The notes beneath the pieces were generated by a model. The model did no database searches. It was given only the letters and a program-made list of their open reading frames with translations, and had not been told where the DNA came from. DNA of 56,499 bases, the filler included, from Dugesia japonica (Eukaryota), in assembly GCA_001938525.1 (NCBI GenBank). It is 4 parts of 4 records of this genome, joined end to end, with 100 filler letters (N's around TTAATTAATTAA, not from the genome) between each part and the next. Parts side by side here need not be neighbours in the genome. Positions count along the whole stretch, not along the records: positions 26,230 to 45,390 come from MQRL01641040.1; positions 45,491 to 56,499 come from MQRL01641282.1; 2 more parts are not named here. The stretch is one strand, 5' to 3'. Made by a program: the position numbers and the translations under genes. Positions 36,519-49,199 of the stretch are shown here, one piece after another. Positions within the stretch are counted from its first letter, which is position 1, and each line of letters begins with the position of its first letter.

Positions 36519-38380
36519 AATGAATGTAACTTTGCTCGTAAAAGTTACAAACTTCTCGTTGCTACATCGCCAGAGGTTCATTCTTTTCTTCAGATTCTCC
36601 ACTGTCTTTCCGTAGAGCAAATTGTTCAACAATTTATAAAAGTCCTTTTCAAATTTTGTATGTAATGCTGCTCTTCTTGTTGAATTTGCATTGATATAAT
36701 TAGCGAAAATTTCCGTCTCCTGGAATCTGATTATTCCATGAACAGTTGTTACCTGAGCTCTCAGCTTTATTTATAATTTAAGTAATCTCAAATAGATTAC
36801 ATAATGCTACTTTGGCTCATGTGCCATTAAAAGCTTCTTTACTCTCAATCCAGGTGGACATTTATGTTCCGGCGCTAACGGTAATTGATTCAACCTGTCA
36901 TGATGTTCGATAGGTATTTCTTGATAAATTTCCAGCAAGTATCTCATATGATCATTATTTTCACTATCCAATATATTTTTATATGCTTCTTCTATATCGT
37001 CTACAAATTAAAAATCTTTATATGGTAAAGGCTGTGTTAAGGCCCAACCATATAAATTATTTACATCAATGTAAACTAGTGAGGTATTCTCATCTACCTA
37101 AATGTAATAGATATTGATAAATATTATACCCCCACAAATTCCCGTCTCAAATAATTTATGTATTTCTGGATCCTGCAGCAATTCTAACGGCCTATCCATC
37201 GTCTTGAGAGCACTTGACCAGCTCAATCCATGTAAGGAAACAAATCTAAGCGGCTGAAGTCCATGCTCCTCAAGTGTCTTTCTTCTAAATGTTTTAAACA
37301 CATCAACCAACAAATGAATGTCTAGCTTCATGTAATGTAACATATATTCCAGCAGATTATTGCTTCCAGATTTCATCCATGTCAACTTTGCAATTTTGTA
37401 TTCAGATTCTGTTATCTCTGGCCATTGCGGTGGTAGACATGTTTGATTAAGCAGCATTTCGTATGATGTTGCGAATTTATAAGGGAATATACCTTTACTC
37501 TGGTGTGCATATTGCGAAAATTGTGATGCATGCAATAAACATTTCTCAAGTGTTGCAGTTAATTACGCCAAGGAACTGCTTAGGAATTGGTATGAATCTA
37601 TAAATCGCAATGTATTATTAACACCAACATGTGCAAACATTGCAAGAAAATTTTCTGTTGTCTGTGCAATTTGCTTGAAATCCCAATGTTTGATTCAAGG
37701 GATACTTAATTAGATGGTGCGAATCATAATCCTTAAAATGATGAAATACCACTGGCAACTCTATCCTTATCTTCCGAGATAAGTTGCACCTTTTGCACGC
37801 AGCTCCAAGGTACTTGCCAGTAAAATGATAATGATCTCGAACTAGCTTTTTATTTTCCTTTTCACACACGTAATAATGTGTACTATTCATAAAAGCATCC
37901 TCTACTGATTTTTACCAATTCATTTCCATTTTCATATTCATCTTGTACCAGGGTGCAACCACATTTTTCGCAAATTGATCGATTTACTGGATAAAATCAA
38001 CCATACAATTTTCTCCAGAAAAAGAATAATATTTGTATTATTTCGTAGAATCCATTAAGTGAATTAAGAAAAGCCCTACCGCTATTGGAAAATGCTTTAC
38101 TCGAAAATCATGTTTTGGTATCAGGATCGCTTCAATATCTGCGTAAATAACAAACGCCTGTGTTATTGTTTTTCCAAAATTCTTGAACCACAATTTTTCT
38201 CTTCAGGCATTGTATAAAAGGTTGTTTTTTCTGTGATTTGTGAAAATAAAGCCACGTGTTTATTAAATGCAGACTGTGTTTTGAATCCGTGAAGACATTT
38301 AGGACGCCATATTTTTTAGACTTTCTATTCATAAGTTTTTTATAATTCAAGTCGTGATACATGGTGAAATTTTATGTGAG
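36519..38380 (-). pseudogene. Polinton B pPolB, N-terminal/central part with an endonuclease-VII-like insert
   Basis: FVIYADIEAIL, VRDHYHFTGKYLGAACKRCNL, PVVFHHFKDYDSH, FIDSYQFL, KGIFPY, YMKLDIHLLVDVF, YIDVNNLYGWAL and NNLLYGKTVEN. Confidence 0.93.
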
Positions 38381-39389
38381 TTTTTAAGTTCAGTAATTAT
38401 GATAATGATATACCCATTAAGAATATCAAAATAAAATGAAGACTTTAAAAATATTAAATTAATTAATATATAGAACTAGATAAAGTACTTTATAAATTAA
38501 ATCATTATTCATAAAAGACTAAAAAACCAATAACAATAAAAATAATAATAGTAATAATATTATTAATAATAATTATAAATAATTAATTAATAATAATAAT
38601 ATAATTATTAATACAAATATTAATAATATGAAAAAATAATAATGATAATATCAATCTATTATGTAAAAATAAAATAATTTAAATGAAATCCGTTTAATAA
38701 TTTTTTATTCTTACATTAGATATGTTTCCTTCATTATCATAATTAATTCTGTATTGATTTTAAACTCCATTCATTGACAAATTTAAGGATAATCTAAAAA
38801 TTAGGTTATAAAAATATTATAAATTAAAAAAGAATAATTCTTGTCCATTTCTTTAATTTTTCTTGGTATTATATTTATTTTTATCAAATCCGTCGATGAT
38901 AATCTAGTTATAAGATAATAAAGATAATGAATTAAAAAAGAATACTGTTTTTCAAGTGCTTTATTATTTGTGGCTATTTACATTTATTTCTTTTTCATTT
39001 GATACTAATAATCTAGATATTAAATAATTAAATATAATAATAAATCAAAATCTACTTTTTTTATGTTCATTGATTTTTCCAGATGTTTTGTCGCTCATTA
39101 TAATTAATAAATAATAAGTGAAAAATTTTATGATGTAAGTTTTATTTAAATTATTATCAAAGTGCGAGTTATTATTCGTTTGACCTTTCATAATAATATA
39201 ATACCTCATCATTAATATTGCAACGATTATATTATTTACTAAATTTATAAAAATTATTACATCATGGTCCAAAGTATTAAATTATTATGAAAACCATAAA
39301 GATTTATTATTACTAATTTATCATTTCTCATTGTTATTAGTATAATTAGTGATGAACTTATCTATAAAAACGATGAATTTGCACTTCAC

Positions 39390-39439
<50 letters not shown>
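39390..39439. repeat. (TAT)n microsatellite next to a gap
   Basis: Directly visible. Confidence 0.95.
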
Positions 39440-40040
39440 NNNNNNNNNNNNNNNNNNNNNNNNNNNNNNNNNNNNNNNNNNNNNNNNNNNNNNNNNNNNN
39501 NNNNNNNNNNNNNNNNNNNNNNNNNNNNNNNNNNNNNNNNNNNNNNNNNNNNNNNNNNNNNNNNNNNNNNNNNNNNNNNNNNNNNNNNNNNNNNNNNNNN
39601 NNNNACAACAATTTCCATAATTTATTTTTGTTATGATTTCTATTGTTACAAAATTTAAGGTAATGTTATTAATATCAAATTATATTATAAAAATAAACAT
39701 ACATAAACAACATCATTGATAATCATATATTAATTGTTTAATGTCCCACAAAAGAACCTTTTCATGGATCATTTCTTTAAAAATATTCAGAGCAATTTCA
39801 AGTCGACATTATCAATTTCGGCATTTTTTCCATTTTTCGACCAATAAATGCAGAATTGTTATTTTATGATCCGCTAAGTAAAGATTATCAAAATCCAAAC
39901 CGATAAATTCAATTTGGAAGGAATAACGGTTTACAAACCATTGGTATAAACAAAACTAGTACTTAATAAAAAATAAAACAAGAAATGAATCTGTTTTAAA
40001 AAGTTGTCTTCAAACAAAAGGAGGTGATAGTGGTGGTAAT

Positions 40041-40479
40041 TTGAGACGATTTTTCCGAAGTATTCCATACTTTAAGGCAATTTTAAGGGCTCCATCATAT
40101 TCTCGATTGCAAATTATTCACTCAATGCGGGCATTTGTAATGAATGATTTCATTAGTGTTTTGCAACAAATTGTTTTGTGCCGAGTCGATGTAGATCACA
40201 AAAGTAGAAAAATTAGACTGAAAAAGTATCAAGAAGCTCCTAAAGATATCGCTAAAGCAAATAATTTGGCAGCAAAGAAACAAATACTTGAAAGACATTT
40301 TCCTATACAACATGAAAACAAGAAGAAGGACAAAAAAAGTTTATTATGGACCAAATGGAAATAGATTTATTTGGGTTGCACTTTTACGCATTCTTTGTTT
40401 GTTAGTAAAAGTGGTTGCAACTGGTGCAGTTGGATCTGCTACAGGATATGCTACAAAGAAAATTATTGATTCTGTATAA
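40041..40479 (+). pseudogene. Polinton B small basic protein, homologous to 33842-34160
   Basis: RSIPYFKAILRA..R..I..DFISVLQQIVLCRVDV..K..LKKY, compared with RSIPFFTALIKS..DLFEIIINIVRGNVDL. It ends in a hydrophobic, Gly-rich tail after a frameshift. Confidence 0.7.
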
Positions 40480-40589
40480 AATATTTAAATTTTTATTGAT
40501 ATTGCAATATAAATGGGTGTTGCACCTTCTTCTAATATTCCAGACATTTCACTAAATATTCTTTGTTGTATTTCGCGCGATGAATGTTA

Positions 40590-41510
40590 TGGAACAACTA
40601 TGGTACAATCCAAAGGAGGCAGTTGGATACACATATATTTCAAAGCTTGCAAATGCTGCAAACTTTTCGGTAAAAGAGACAAAGAAATAGTTAGGTAACC
40701 CATTGGTATATAGTTTGAATAGACCAATTCGAAAACGGTTTCCAACAAGGAAATATATTGTTGCTGAGGTTAATAGACTATAGTAAGTAGATTTGATGGA
40801 AATGATTCCATATGCAAGCATAAATAATGATTATCGATATATTTTGACATNTGTTGATGTATTTAGTAGATATTCGAGTGCAGTTCCAGTAAAACGGAAA
40901 TTTGGTAAAGATATATTGTTGGCTTTGATGTCAGTGTTCAAAGATGTTCATCCGAAAGCTATTTAAACCGATTCGGGTAAAGAGTTTTACAATAATCAGG
41001 TCAAATCATTACTGAAACGATATAGTATACTGCATTATTCAGTATTTTCTGAGTACAAGTTGAGCGATTTAATCGAACACTACGCAGACGATTAAACCAG
41101 TTCTTTACCATACAAGGTAACAAAACATGGATACATGTTTTACCAAAAATTTTTATGCATAGAACCATTTTCAGCATAGAGGTATTGGAGGACGAAAACC
41201 TGAAGATGTTACAGATGATGATGATTATACACAGTATTTCGTCAATAAAAAACCAAAACTAAAATATAAAATTGGTCAACATGTACGGATTTCCAAAATT
41301 AGTACTACGCCATCATCACGAGACAAACCCCAGTCATGTATGTAATACGTGATAAAGATGGTAATATAATTCAAAGCAAATTTTTTGAGCAGGAATTGGA
41401 AGTGTTGCCGGAAAAAACCAAGTATTTATCGAATCAAATCAATTCTCAAAACCAAAGGTCAAGGCTAATATAAGCAATATCTAGCAATATCTAGGCTATT
41501 CAAAGCCTAC
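40590..41510 (+). pseudogene. Polinton B retroviral-like (c-)integrase
   Basis: WYNPK..GY, YSLNRPIRKRFPTRK, VDLMEM, YILTxVDVFSRY, TDSGKEF, ERFNRTL, KYKIGQHVRISK and FFEQEL. Contains stops and frameshifts. Confidence 0.92.
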
Positions 41511-41537
41511 GTGGATTCCAGCATTTCAAATCCAATA

Positions 41538-42746
41538 ATGAGTTTTTATAAAGTTTTTCCAAGCAATAGTTGTCCAAAAACTCGACCTGATAATAATGCG
41601 AGCAAGTATTTGATTGACTATGAGAATGCCAAATATTTAAAAGATGACCACTTGGAAGTTACCATGACAAAATTTGTTTTTTATTATTGTCTACAGACTA
41701 TACGGAAAAGTTCAAAATTTGAATTTAAAATAAGAGAAGTGACGGGAATTGAAGATAAATTTCAATTAAGTATTGTAAATGGTAGTCTTCAACTAAATAA
41801 TAACGTTCCTATCAATAAATATAATTTGTATATATTTTTCAATGAAAAGAAATTAATATTACAAACAGATTATCAAGTAGAAACGGAGTCTAAATAGTTA
41901 TAAAATGCAAAATAATTTTGGATCNAATTTAATCATTACCAAAANAAGAAGCCATTAGTTTAAGTTATTGAATCTGATGAGCAGTTGATTCTGGAAAATA
42001 TTCCATCAATATCTTTAAATTTAAAGTTTTATACTATTAATGAAAGAATGGCTAAAATAAAAGAAATTGAAGAAAATGTAAATGTTGAGATTGAAAATTG
42101 AAAACCTGTTGTTTCTGGATTCAAAAATAAACGAATTGCGAAATCAGTATTGATGGTGAAAAGAAAATAATTGTCAAATCTGATTTCAATATGGAATTGA
42201 AGTTTAATTTGTTGTTTGATGCTCGGTTACTGGGGTTTAATATGCAAAAGATGAAAAACAAACCGATGGATTCATTTATCGAATGAAATACTCAAATGTT
42301 GGATAATATTGCCAAAATTAAATTAAAGTTTTCTGAAATCAAAACAGAAATCAATTATTTGGAATTTGAAAGTGATTTAATGGCTACGTATTTGGATAAT
42401 CTGGTTACATCATTTATAAAATTATTCCAAAAAATATTTAAAGAATTTTTTGTAGATTCAAAATTTGGACTAGTCATATTTAAATTACTTGATAATGTTG
42501 AATATGTATCATTTGATGAGAAATTCTAAAAGTCTACAGAACAAGTAAAGGGTTTGTAAAATCCGTTATTACATGGTGGTATCAGACAACTAAATATTAA
42601 CTCATCAATAGTCAATCCAATTCTGGTTGGTGATGTACACATGCCATTTTTGAGGACTATATGGGATGATAGTAAGAAGATTCATTTAGTGATGTAGTAC
42701 AAGTAAGACTTGAAAATCCAATGTATTTACCTGTATCATCATCGTC
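41538..42746 (+). pseudogene. Polinton B minor capsid (penton), long form, cut by Polinton C
   Basis: N-terminal MSFYKVFPSNSC..PDNNASKY and C-terminal SSIVNPILVGDVHMPFLRTI..NPMYLPVSSS, interrupted at 42747. Confidence 0.85.
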
Positions 42747-45390
42747 AGTAGGTAGATAGTGGTACATGGGCACAATTTGGCAATGAGCCAAAATTCGGGC
42801 ATAATTATTTTTAAGCAGTTATCGAGCCCCCCAGGGGGGGGTCAGAAACACATTACGCTTAAGCTGCGTTTTTTAACATTGATTTTTGTGATCGATTTTT
42901 TTTCTAAGATTTTTAGGATCAAAAAACTTTTGATCGAATCAAGTTTTTTTTATCTGATTAGTTTTTTTGATCCTGAAGGTGTGTGCGTGTTTTTTTAAAT
43001 TTTAAATTTTCTTTTTGTTTGGGTTNNNNNNNNNNNNNNNNNNNNNNNNNNNNNNNNNNNNNNNNNNNNNNNNNNGAGGAGTAGCTGGAGATTTTTTTTG
43101 AATTTTGAAGTTTTATTTCTTGTCGGACAAAAATTTGGTCTATATATTGTCTATAGGACTCATTACTTTGGATGGATGGTTTTCACCACAAGGGTAGGGG
43201 CACACGGGCACAAAATATGAGTTATCGTTGGTGGTTTTTATTTTGTGTTGTTGATGGAATTTGTTGTTTGATGGCTTGTTGGAGTGGTAATGTGATGGTG
43301 AAGATGTTAATTGTCGAATGTGCTTTGATGTTTTATTTTAAGGGCTACTTTTTGATTGGTTTATTTTGTAAGTAGTAAAGATGTTTTAAAAAGTTTTTTC
43401 GTGAGGTGGAGGTTGGTATGTGTGGAAAGAGAATTAATTATCGGATATTATANNNNNNNNNNNNNNNNNNNNNNNNNNNNNNNNNNNNNNNNNNNNNNNN
43501 NNTGGAAAGAGAATTAATTATCGGATATTATAAGATTTATTTGAAATTTTTCTGTCGGGTCGTTATGACGTCATTGATTTTTGAAATAATTAATTTGGTA
43601 AAAAAATCTGTATATATGGCTTAATTTGATGAATTTAATGAAAGTAATATCATTTTTGAGTTTTTGATGTATTTTTGGTTATTTTTTCGTTTGTGTGATC
43701 GAGGAAGTGTTGTTTTGTTAGATTTTCGACTGGGAAAGAAGAGAGTCTTGATATTTTTGAAACGTTTTTGGCGGGAAATTTAAACAAAAATTATTTTTGG
43801 CAGGAAATTCAAAAATTATTATTTTGGCTGGAAATTAAAAAAAATATATTTTGGTATGAAATTGAAATAAAAGAAATCTTTTATTGCAATTAAATAAAAT
43901 AAAATTTAATTTAATTTAATTAAATTACTTTTTTATGTAAGAGATGGAGTAGACTTGATATTTTGCATGCAGAGTCTCTATATTTTGCATATTATGGGCA
44001 ATCTTGATATTTTTAAAGATATTATTACAAGGTATGNGCAGTCTTGATATTTTTAAGATAATATTACAAGACATTTATGCATGTTATGAGAAGTCTTGAT
44101 ATTTTTAAGATGTTATTACAAGGTATAAGCAATCTTGATATTTTTTAAGATAATAGTACAAGAAATTTATGCATGTTATGGGCAGTCTTGATATTTTTTA
44201 AGATATTATTACAAAATATGGACAGTCTATATATTTTTTAGATAATATTACAAGAAATCTATGCATGTTACGGGCAGTCTTGATATTTTTTAAGATATTA
44301 TTACAAGATATCAACAGTCTTGATATTATTTAAGGTAATATTTAAGATATTATTACAAGATATCGGACAGTCTTGATTGAAGCATTANNNNNNNNNNNNN
44401 NNNNNNNNNNNNNNNNNNNNNNNNNNNNNNNNNNNNNNNNNNNNNNNNNNNNNNNNNNNNNNNNNNNNNNNNNNNNNNNNNNNNNNNNNNNNNNNNNNNN
44501 NNNNNNNNNNNNNNNNNNNNNNNNNNNNNNNNNNNNNNNNNNTACGTGATTTTCAGTGTATCTGTGTTGTATCTGAATGGCATACCTATTGCATTGTTTT
44601 AAAAAAAATTCAAAACGGTGGCTACATTGAGTTTTAAACATTCTCAGACTGGTGATTTTCAGTGAATAAGTGTTGCAGCTGTAATGCTTCTCAGTTGCAT
44701 TTATGAAAATTTATCTATCAAAAAAAGACTTCAAAGAGGGAAGTCTTTGTGATATTTACATGTTAAAATATATCTATCAAAAAACTTTAAAGAGGGGAGT
44801 CTTTGTGGAAAAAAATAGATATACTACATGATAAAAATATAACTATTAAAAATAAACAAAGAGCAGAGTCTTTGTAATATTAACATGATAAAAAAATATC
44901 TATCAAAAAAACCTCAAAGAGGGGAATCGTTGCGATATTTGCATAATAAAATATAAATTTTGTTAAAATATAGAAATAAAAAAGTTCAAAGCGGGGAGTC
45001 TTTGTGATATTTCCATAATAAAATATAAAAAAGTTCATAGAGGAGAGTCTTTGTGATATATTCATGAATAAATATTCAAGTTAAAACTTTTCATTACAAA
45101 ATTATAAAAAACATAGAACCTTATTCAAAAACATATTACTAGTGCTAATTTTCTTTAAAGAAAATCTCATTACAGTGGCAATTTTTAATACAAAATCTCA
45201 TAACCGATGTAATTTTTATTAAAAATATCATTACCGATGCCATTTTTAATAAAAAAACTCATTACCAATGCAAGTTTTAATAGAAAATCTTATTAGCGAT
45301 GTAATTTTCTATTGAAAAAAAAACATTGACAATGCAATTTTCCAAAATAAAACATATTGGTAATACATTGTTCTTATAAAAATCATATTG
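42747..45390 (+). mobile_element. Polinton C left terminal region (to contig end)
   Basis: It starts AGTAGGTAGATAG and is collinear with 30403-32300, with expanded GCAGTCTTGATATTTT/AAGATATTATTACAAG, GAGGGGAGTCTTTGTGATAT and ~31-bp arrays. Confidence 0.88.
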
Positions 45391-45490
45391 NNNNNNNNNN
45401 NNNNNNNNNNNNNNNNNNNNNNNNNNNNNNNNNNTTAATTAATTAANNNNNNNNNNNNNNNNNNNNNNNNNNNNNNNNNNNNNNNNNNNN
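45391..45490. other. Artificial contig spacer
   Basis: 44 N + TTAATTAATTAA + 44 N. Confidence 0.97.
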
Positions 45491-46159
45491 TCTCTAATGA
45501 GCTGTTATTCGCGCTGTATCTAACAAACAATCAAAACTGTTCACCCTTGTTCATCACTGAAATTGAAGGTCTCGCTTGCGTTTTATCATACGAAATGTCT
45601 ACGTTCTGTTTTCCGGAAACTGGAAATGTCTCGCTTTTTATCAAATTGTAAGTTTTTTTTAAAACGTTCAAAAAACATATATTTTAATTATTTTTATAAA
45701 ATCCAATATCTAATATCCTTTTTTAACACTGAATTTAAAATGTTTTCTGATATTTTAGATTCAATGTTCACATCATCACCATAAATATTCAAATTGGATT
45801 TTCCTAGTATTTGTTTCAAATCAAAAATTTTTTTTTAAATTTTAAACAATTTCTGTCGATATATCGTTTACTTCCCTAAAATTATAACTTGTAAATTCAA
45901 AATTATTCAGTACAATATTTTCATTTTGATTTTATTCAAAACTTACCTCAGTGACTTTGTTAAAAAATTCATCTGAAAAATCCTCTTCGAATAAATTTTT
46001 TCCAAAATTATTTTCAATATCCTTTTCATTTTTAATATAAAGACCAGGTTTTTCCAACCATTTTGAATTATACTATTTTTTCAACTTTCCCAAATTTCAG
46101 TTATCCATATCATCCAATCAATTATTTTTATTGACTTTAAAAGTGTTTGAAAAGTTCAC

Positions 46160-47660
46160 TTTCTTTCTGTTTGAGATGTTCTTTAATTCTTGTACGGATG
46201 GTTCTGCATGATTCTCCAATATATGTATCCTTACATAAGGTGCATGTTATTTTGTAAGTGATCTTTTTTTATTCCATATATTTCTACCATCACAAATGCT
46301 TTTGGGACCACAGAAATACCCTAAAGTGCTTGTGTTTTGAAAATAATTCTTGGATTGTGTTTGAGTTTTGATTTTTTAATTATATTTTGCATGATTTGGC
46401 TACATTTCACATTAATAAAAATTACTGTGTTTGCCTATTGTTTGATTTTATTAAATTTTGCACTCGAGGATAAATATTTAGTTACAATTCATTTACGATA
46501 TCCATTATTTAGAAATTTATTTTTTATTATCCTGAGGAAAGTCAGTCTCATTTCTTCATTTGAAGATAGTCTTTCAGCTTTTATTCTTTCACCTTTGATT
46601 ATTCCAATTTTCAGTCTGATGGTAGTATTACTACTCCAGGGTAATATATGTCCATTGTGAAATGGTTTCATATATAACTGGGTAGTTAATAATTCACCAC
46701 GTTTTTTTGTATTAAGGTGTCCAGAAAAGGAATCTGAAAGTCAATTGACTTCTCTAAAGTGAATTTGATGTTGTCATTAATACCATAGGCCAATTCCAAA
46801 ATATTCTATAAATGAGAATTAGTAACAAAGAAAATATCGTCTATATATCTGAACCATAGATGTATCTTCTTCTTTTCGCTTTGAGAATAATTTTATTTTC
46901 AATGAAGTTCATAAAAATTATCGTTAAAATAGGAGTCAAATTTTTACCCATTGCCAGACCACTTTTTTGTTTAAAAAGTTCTTCACCACTAAAAATGCTG
47001 TCAGAGAACAGACACAAATTGATAAGAGAGTTGAAATCATTTTTGGTGATTTCTGGAATATCTATATGTTTTTTATATCTTTCAAAGAAATCACTTACAA
47101 TATAGATGACATTTTCAAATCCTTCAATGGGAATTGATCCATAAAGATTTGTTGCATCCCATCAATCAAATGGATCATCGTTATTCCAGTCATAATTTTT
47201 AATTCGTTCAACAAACTCATAATTATTTTTTAAGTGTGCTGGAATAAAACTTAATAGTGGTCTCAAATAATCTATCTTAGGTTTGCATAATAAAGTATAT
47301 GGAGTATCAGAAGAATTGACAATAGGTCTTCCTTTCATTGTTGTTTTATGATCTTTAGGAACACAGTAAATATTTCTCTGAAATTTTAATGAATTTTTTA
47401 TTAAATTTATTTTCTTCAGTAATTGGTAGTCTTTTATGGGTGATGGTCGCGTAATTATTCTTGTTTGTTTGTTTAGTCAAAGTTACCAATTTATTTGTTT
47501 ATCCGTTGGAGTGATGATAATTGATTTCAAATTCTTTATTTCTATTATAATTTTGTTCTCATTACTTTTAGATTTGACATTCTTGTTAGATTATCTAGTT
47601 TCTAAAAGTTTCTTTTTGAGTTCTTCTATATTGTTATCAATCTTAAAATCGGTTATTATT
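46160..47660 (-). mobile_element. Penelope-like retroelement: RT plus GIY-YIG endonuclease, decayed
   Basis: CVPKDHK..GRPIV, DATNLYGSIP, GLAMGKNLTP, WFRYIDD, KFTLE, PFLD, KPFHNG..FLNNGY, then YKITCTLCKDTYIGESCRTIRTRIKEH. Confidence 0.93.
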
Positions 47661-47674
47661 TAATCTATAAATAC

Positions 47675-47791
47675 GCCAAACCGGGGATGTGGATACATAC
47701 TAACAGGCTAATAAATATTTTTAATAGGGTTCCGTGAAATCGAAAAATAATTAATAGGGTTCTGTTGTGNCAAAAAGTTCGAGAAACACTG
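47675..47791. mobile_element. hAT (Charlie-type) terminal remnant
   Basis: It ends AAAAGTTCGAGAAACACTG (reverse complement CAGTGTTTCTCGAACT) with subterminal AATAGGGTTC repeats. The next 8 bp, ATGTAAAC, have a central TA. The left end is unclear. Confidence 0.5.
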
Positions 47792-48475
47792 ATGTAAACG
47801 ATAATTAATAGTAAATATTGTGTAATAGATGGAAATTTATTAATAATTCGATATTCATTTATATATTTCAATGTATTTTACGGTTATTTAGATTCTTGTT
47901 GAGTTATATTTTTGTGGAATTCACATCAAATGATGAATTTTAAAGAAAAAAGTGAAGACAAATATGAAATCCCTTACCACTTTGATGGTTAATGAATATT
48001 GACTCTAAATTAAGTTTTATTAATGTCGAACTTTCGATTGTTACACTTGGAATGTTCGAATTTCATTGCCGGTATTCAAGGAAAAGTTATAACAGCATTA
48101 AATCTTGAAGAATTGGAGTTTTAATAAATGTAGAAAAGTGTTTAAATACATAATAAATGCAGATTCTTTTAATATTAAAGGTAAAGTTATTTTAATTATT
48201 GTTGTTTTAATCAGATTGTTTTTGTTTAAAAATTTAAACAGTTACTTTTCCAATTTGAAAGTGACTATATTCAACTTAAAACTGAAATGATTTAGAATTA
48301 AGAATTGAACTACATTTTACAATTTCACAAAATAATTTAACTTGACTGTAAATATAAATAAATAAATGTAAATAATATAATTATTTATTATTAACATCTA
48401 TAACCACAAAAAAAGAACTTTAAAAAATATCACAAAACAAAATTAAGAATTTAATAATTACTAATTTGGAAACTT

Positions 48476-48808
48476 TTACATTTTCACAACAACTGAGCAA
48501 ACAATAGCTCTTTCTAAATACGGTTTGTTTTTTTCTACAGTGGTCCATGTTTTGTTGCTTATATCAAATCGGTACATATTGGCCGATATGGGATTGAGAG
48601 ATGAATCTATAGAACGTTTGTAACCTCCGACAATTAAAAGAGAATTGATATTGCTTAAATAACATAAACCACAATGAATTCTTGCTGTCTTTAAATCGGG
48701 ACAATCTGGCAGGAAATGTAACGAATTGGTTTTGATATTTAACTGAGCTAGTTTACCACTATTTTCCCAATAGATGTACAGAACATTGCTATCCTGATTA
48801 TAAATCAA
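48476..48808 (-). pseudogene. Kelch-repeat (beta-propeller) coding fragment; exon or pseudogene
   Basis: PDLKTARIHCGLCYLSNINSLLIVGGYKR..NMYRFDISNKTWTTV fits the Kelch pattern (R..h..hhhGG..hD....W). The flanking splice model does not stay open. Confidence 0.6.
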
Positions 48809-49199
48809 AAAAATATATTATCTAACAAATCTGAGAAAATATTTTTCTAAAATTTAAAATTACATAATTTCCATTAGTTTGTTTAAATATTTTTTACGGT
48901 TTTTTATGTAAAGAATGAAAAAATATCAACATGGTTTAGGTTTCAAATTCGATGAAAATTATAAAGAAAAATTAAAAAATTACAACCAATAGATATTGTT
49001 GAAATTAAATTAAATGATTTTTTAGTTTTTTTTTCAGAAAAATTTATACTACTTATGGATTTACAATTGCAATTATTGCGAGAATAATTGTTGGACATAA
49101 CCATTGAGTTTTTCAGAATTCATTTAAAATAAAAGCTTCCATCAAAATTTGCTTTTTTGGTTTTTGATAAAATTGAAGAAAAACAGAGATCAAGTTGAT

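Noticed and set aside
30730-43375. Homologous ORF pair MDGLCYK.. (30730) and MDGFHHK.. (43172)
   Set aside because: Both lie in the repeated Polinton terminal region, so DNA similarity explains the match; there is no recognisable domain.
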